Of a stretch of 8,360 nt of DNA, positions 6,945-8,360 are shown in pieces. Position numbers and translations under genes: made by a program. The notes under the pieces are model-generated. The model searched no databases and was not told the DNA's origin. It saw only the letters and a program-made list of their open reading frames with translations. Each line of letters begins with the position of its first letter. Within the stretch, counting starts at the first letter, position 1. Origin of the DNA: an uncultured Gammaproteobacteria bacterium (GTDB lineage Bacteria > Patescibacteriota > Microgenomatia > Daviesbacterales > UBA10151); assembly GCA_964522265.1 (NCBI GenBank), contig CAZFVS010000044.1, positions 1-8,360 of the forward strand, given 5' to 3'.

Positions 6945-7475
6945 TTAGACGGTTATTGTGTCTTCTTCTAACAAATGCATCCTCTCCATATCGTACGGGT
7001 TGATAATAACCATATATGTAGAAGTCAAGGACATTTGCGACATCCCTCCTTTCTCAATTAAATATTGTAATGGACTTTTAAGGTCTAAAGATTTATGTGG
7101 CCTCACTGTGTTATACCAGATTAAATACTCAGCCAGTTTCTGGTTAAGTAATACTTTGTCATCCAAAATGTCTAAATTATTATCAATAAATTCTTCCTGA
7201 ATAGTCCTGTTATATCTTTCAATGTAGGTCTGGATTTTAGGACAGTGTGGGTAGGAGAAATAATGGGTAATCTGATCCTGTTTTAGGGCATCATCAAACT
7301 CCCCAAGATTCTCTGCCCCATTATCTGTCTGCCAAGTTTTAACTACTCCCGGATACACACTTTTAAACCTCTGGTAAAAATCCTTCATGTTTCTGGAACT
7401 TAATCTCTGACTTCTACAAAAATTTGCATTTTTAGGGCGGTTGTGATAATATAATTGTACTAAAATCTCCTGCAA
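6945..7475 (-). pseudogene. N-terminally truncated rve-type (DDE) transposase/integrase remnant, IS481/IS3-superfamily-like
   Basis: The 176-aa ORF contains WQTDNGAENLGEF (second Asp of the DDE triad). The motif IERYNRTIQEEF follows, with its Glu exactly 35 residues after that Asp. The typical C-terminal YNTVRPHKSL..SP motif is also present. The first catalytic Asp and the N-terminal HTH region are absent. The frame is closed by TGA at 7517-7515, and the listed TTG start is arbitrary. Confidence 0.75.
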
Positions 7476-7502
7476 GGCCGAAAGGTGTTTGCAGGATTTT
7501 TT
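7468..7502 (+). terminator. Rho-independent-terminator-like hairpin plus T-run on the + strand (possible insulator)
   Basis: An 8-bp stem pairs TCCTGCAA (7468-7475) with TTGCAGGA (7489-7496). The 13-nt loop GGCCGAAAGGTGT can extend the stem internally (GCC-GAAA-GGT). TTTTTT follows at 7497-7502. No + strand gene lies upstream, so its role is uncertain. Confidence 0.4.
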
Positions 7503-7510
7503 GTTATAAT
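7502..7510 (+). promoter_or_regulatory. Extended -10 promoter element (TGnTATAAT) for the NYN gene, with a probable leaderless transcript
   Basis: TGTTATAAT at 7502-7510 is a perfect extended -10. Only 6 nt (GGCTTC) separate it from ATG 7517, and there is no SD. No good -35 box is present, which is consistent with an extended -10 promoter. Confidence 0.5.
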
Positions 7511-7516
7511 GGCTTC

Positions 7517-8056
7517 ATGACTAATAAAAAGTGCATTATCCTCATCGATGGCAGTAACCTTTTCTTCAAACTAAAAGACCTACAACTTCATAATCTGTTG
7601 AGTCTGAATTTCTCAGCCTTTACCAAAAAGTTAGCTAAGAACTGTGAAGTTGTTAAATCCATCTACTATGTAGGAAAAATCAGAACAGATGGTATCAAGA
7701 AAACCCAGGAAATGCATACTAATCAGCAAAAATTATTTGAGCATCTTAAAAAACATAAAGTCTCCTATTCTTTAGGTTATCTTTTAAAATCCGATGGTAA
7801 ATTCCATGAAAAAGGGGTAGATGTAAATATTGCAGTTGATATGTTGGTTGCCACTTATGAGAATTTAGCCGATAGAATAATTCTTGTTTCTTCTGATACT
7901 GATTTACTTCCAGCTATTAAGAAGGCCAAAGAAAAAGGTAAATGGGTTGAATATATTGGATTTTCTCACCAACCTTCAATTGCTATGGTAGCTAATTGTT
8001 CAGAATCAACATTATTTAAGAGAGAAGATATAGCGCCGTTTATAGAAAAACATTAA
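7517..8056 (+). CDS. NYN-domain (LabA-like, PIN-related) putative ribonuclease, 179 aa
   Basis: The ORF carries the NYN/LabA signature blocks: CIILIDGSNL (N-terminal Asp), KGVDVNIAVDM, and IILVSSDTDLLPAIKKAKEKGKWVEYIGF (SxDxD followed by a G-K-x-V strand). Confidence 0.85.
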   Translation: MTNKKCIILIDGSNLFFKLKDLQLHNLLSLNFSAFTKKLAKNCEVVKSIYYVGKIRTDGIKKTQEMHTNQQKLFEHLKKHKVSYSLGYLLKSDGKFHEKGVDVNIAVDMLVATYENLADRIILVSSDTDLLPAIKKAKEKGKWVEYIGFSHQPSIAMVANCSESTLFKREDIAPFIEKH

Positions 8057-8188
8057 CCAATTTCAAACCATATGGTGACGGGTTGTAATAAAGTTCGCAA
8101 TTTTGAAGAAAATAGTGGATACATTTTGATTATTTTTGATATAGTCTAAATAACTCAGGAAATGTGACGATTAGTTTGTTCTGGTAAT

Positions 8189-8360
8189 CTAATTAGGCCA
8201 GTGGCAGCGTTTATACTTTTTGCCACTCCCACACCAGCAGGGGTCATTACGCCCTATCTTCCCATGAGGTTTCGTCAGCTGCCCCTGCTCCCCATAAGTT
8301 TCCTGCGCTACTACCTCCCCATGTCTTTCAATGGTTACTTTAGTGCGGGTGGCAGGTTCA
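8189..8360 (-). CDS. secA: C-terminal 56 codons of a SEC-C motif protein, most likely the preprotein translocase ATPase SecA; the 5' end is outside the window
   Basis: My own minus-strand translation from 8359 gives [56 protein letters not shown], with TAG at 8191-8189. [18 protein letters not shown] is the canonical SEC-C CxCx8CH zinc-binding tail found at the extreme C-terminus of SecA. Other SEC-C proteins cannot be excluded from 56 aa. Confidence 0.6.
   Translation of the reverse strand, partial: EPATRTKVTIERHGEVVAQETYGEQGQLTKPHGKIGRNDPCWCGSGKKYKRCHWPN

Noticed and set aside
6958-7200. 80-aa + strand ORF inside the transposase remnant
   Set aside because: It is antisense to the frame carrying clear rve/DDE motifs.
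8057-8188. Possible tRNA, sRNA or terminator in the 132-nt convergent intergenic region (GTTCGCAAT resembles a T-loop)
   Set aside because: The flanking bases (TAAAG / TTTTG) cannot form a T-stem, and no acceptor or anticodon arm geometry is present. No stable hairpin followed by a T-run was found.
1-8360. Alternative genetic code (UGA or UAG recoding), as seen in some uncultivated low-GC lineages
   Set aside because: All long ORFs are complete and motif-consistent under the standard code. TGA, TAG and TAA each terminate a gene at a sensible position (tldD TGA, pmbA TAG, GH1 TAA).

Overview
Low-GC bacterial window; the source organism cannot be assigned from sequence alone, and the standard genetic code fits all long ORFs. 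It splits into housekeeping-type genes and a probable accessory islet.

Housekeeping-type genes, left to right:
- (-) 5' part of rsmH (16S rRNA m4C1402 methyltransferase). Its ATG overlaps the stop of the upstream gene by 8 nt.
- (-) a GH1 beta-glucosidase.
- (+) a translationally coupled tldD/pmbA(tldE) metalloprotease pair with an ATGA overlap, separated from the GH1 gene by a 68-nt divergent control region.
- (-) at the right edge, the C-terminal SEC-C zinc-finger tail of a truncated gene, probably secA.

Probable accessory islet (about 5069-8056), which looks more AT-rich in the lines I sampled:
- (-) an orphan ~516-aa protein. Its C-terminal third carries a caspase/CHAT-like His...Cys dyad. 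It sits behind a perfect TTGACA-17-TATAAT promoter.
- a ~90-nt nested palindromic, MITE/REP-like element flanked by a 10/11-nt direct repeat.
- (-) an N-terminally truncated rve/DDE transposase remnant.
- (+) a stand-alone LabA-like NYN nuclease gene.

A recurring signal is a -10-like hexamer only 6-8 nt upstream of the start codon, with no Shine-Dalgarno, at all four promoter-proximal genes. This suggests leaderless mRNAs. No CRISPR array, tRNA or rRNA was seen.

The best candidate for something undescribed is the orphan His/Cys-dyad protein and its islet. That call is inference from motifs only.
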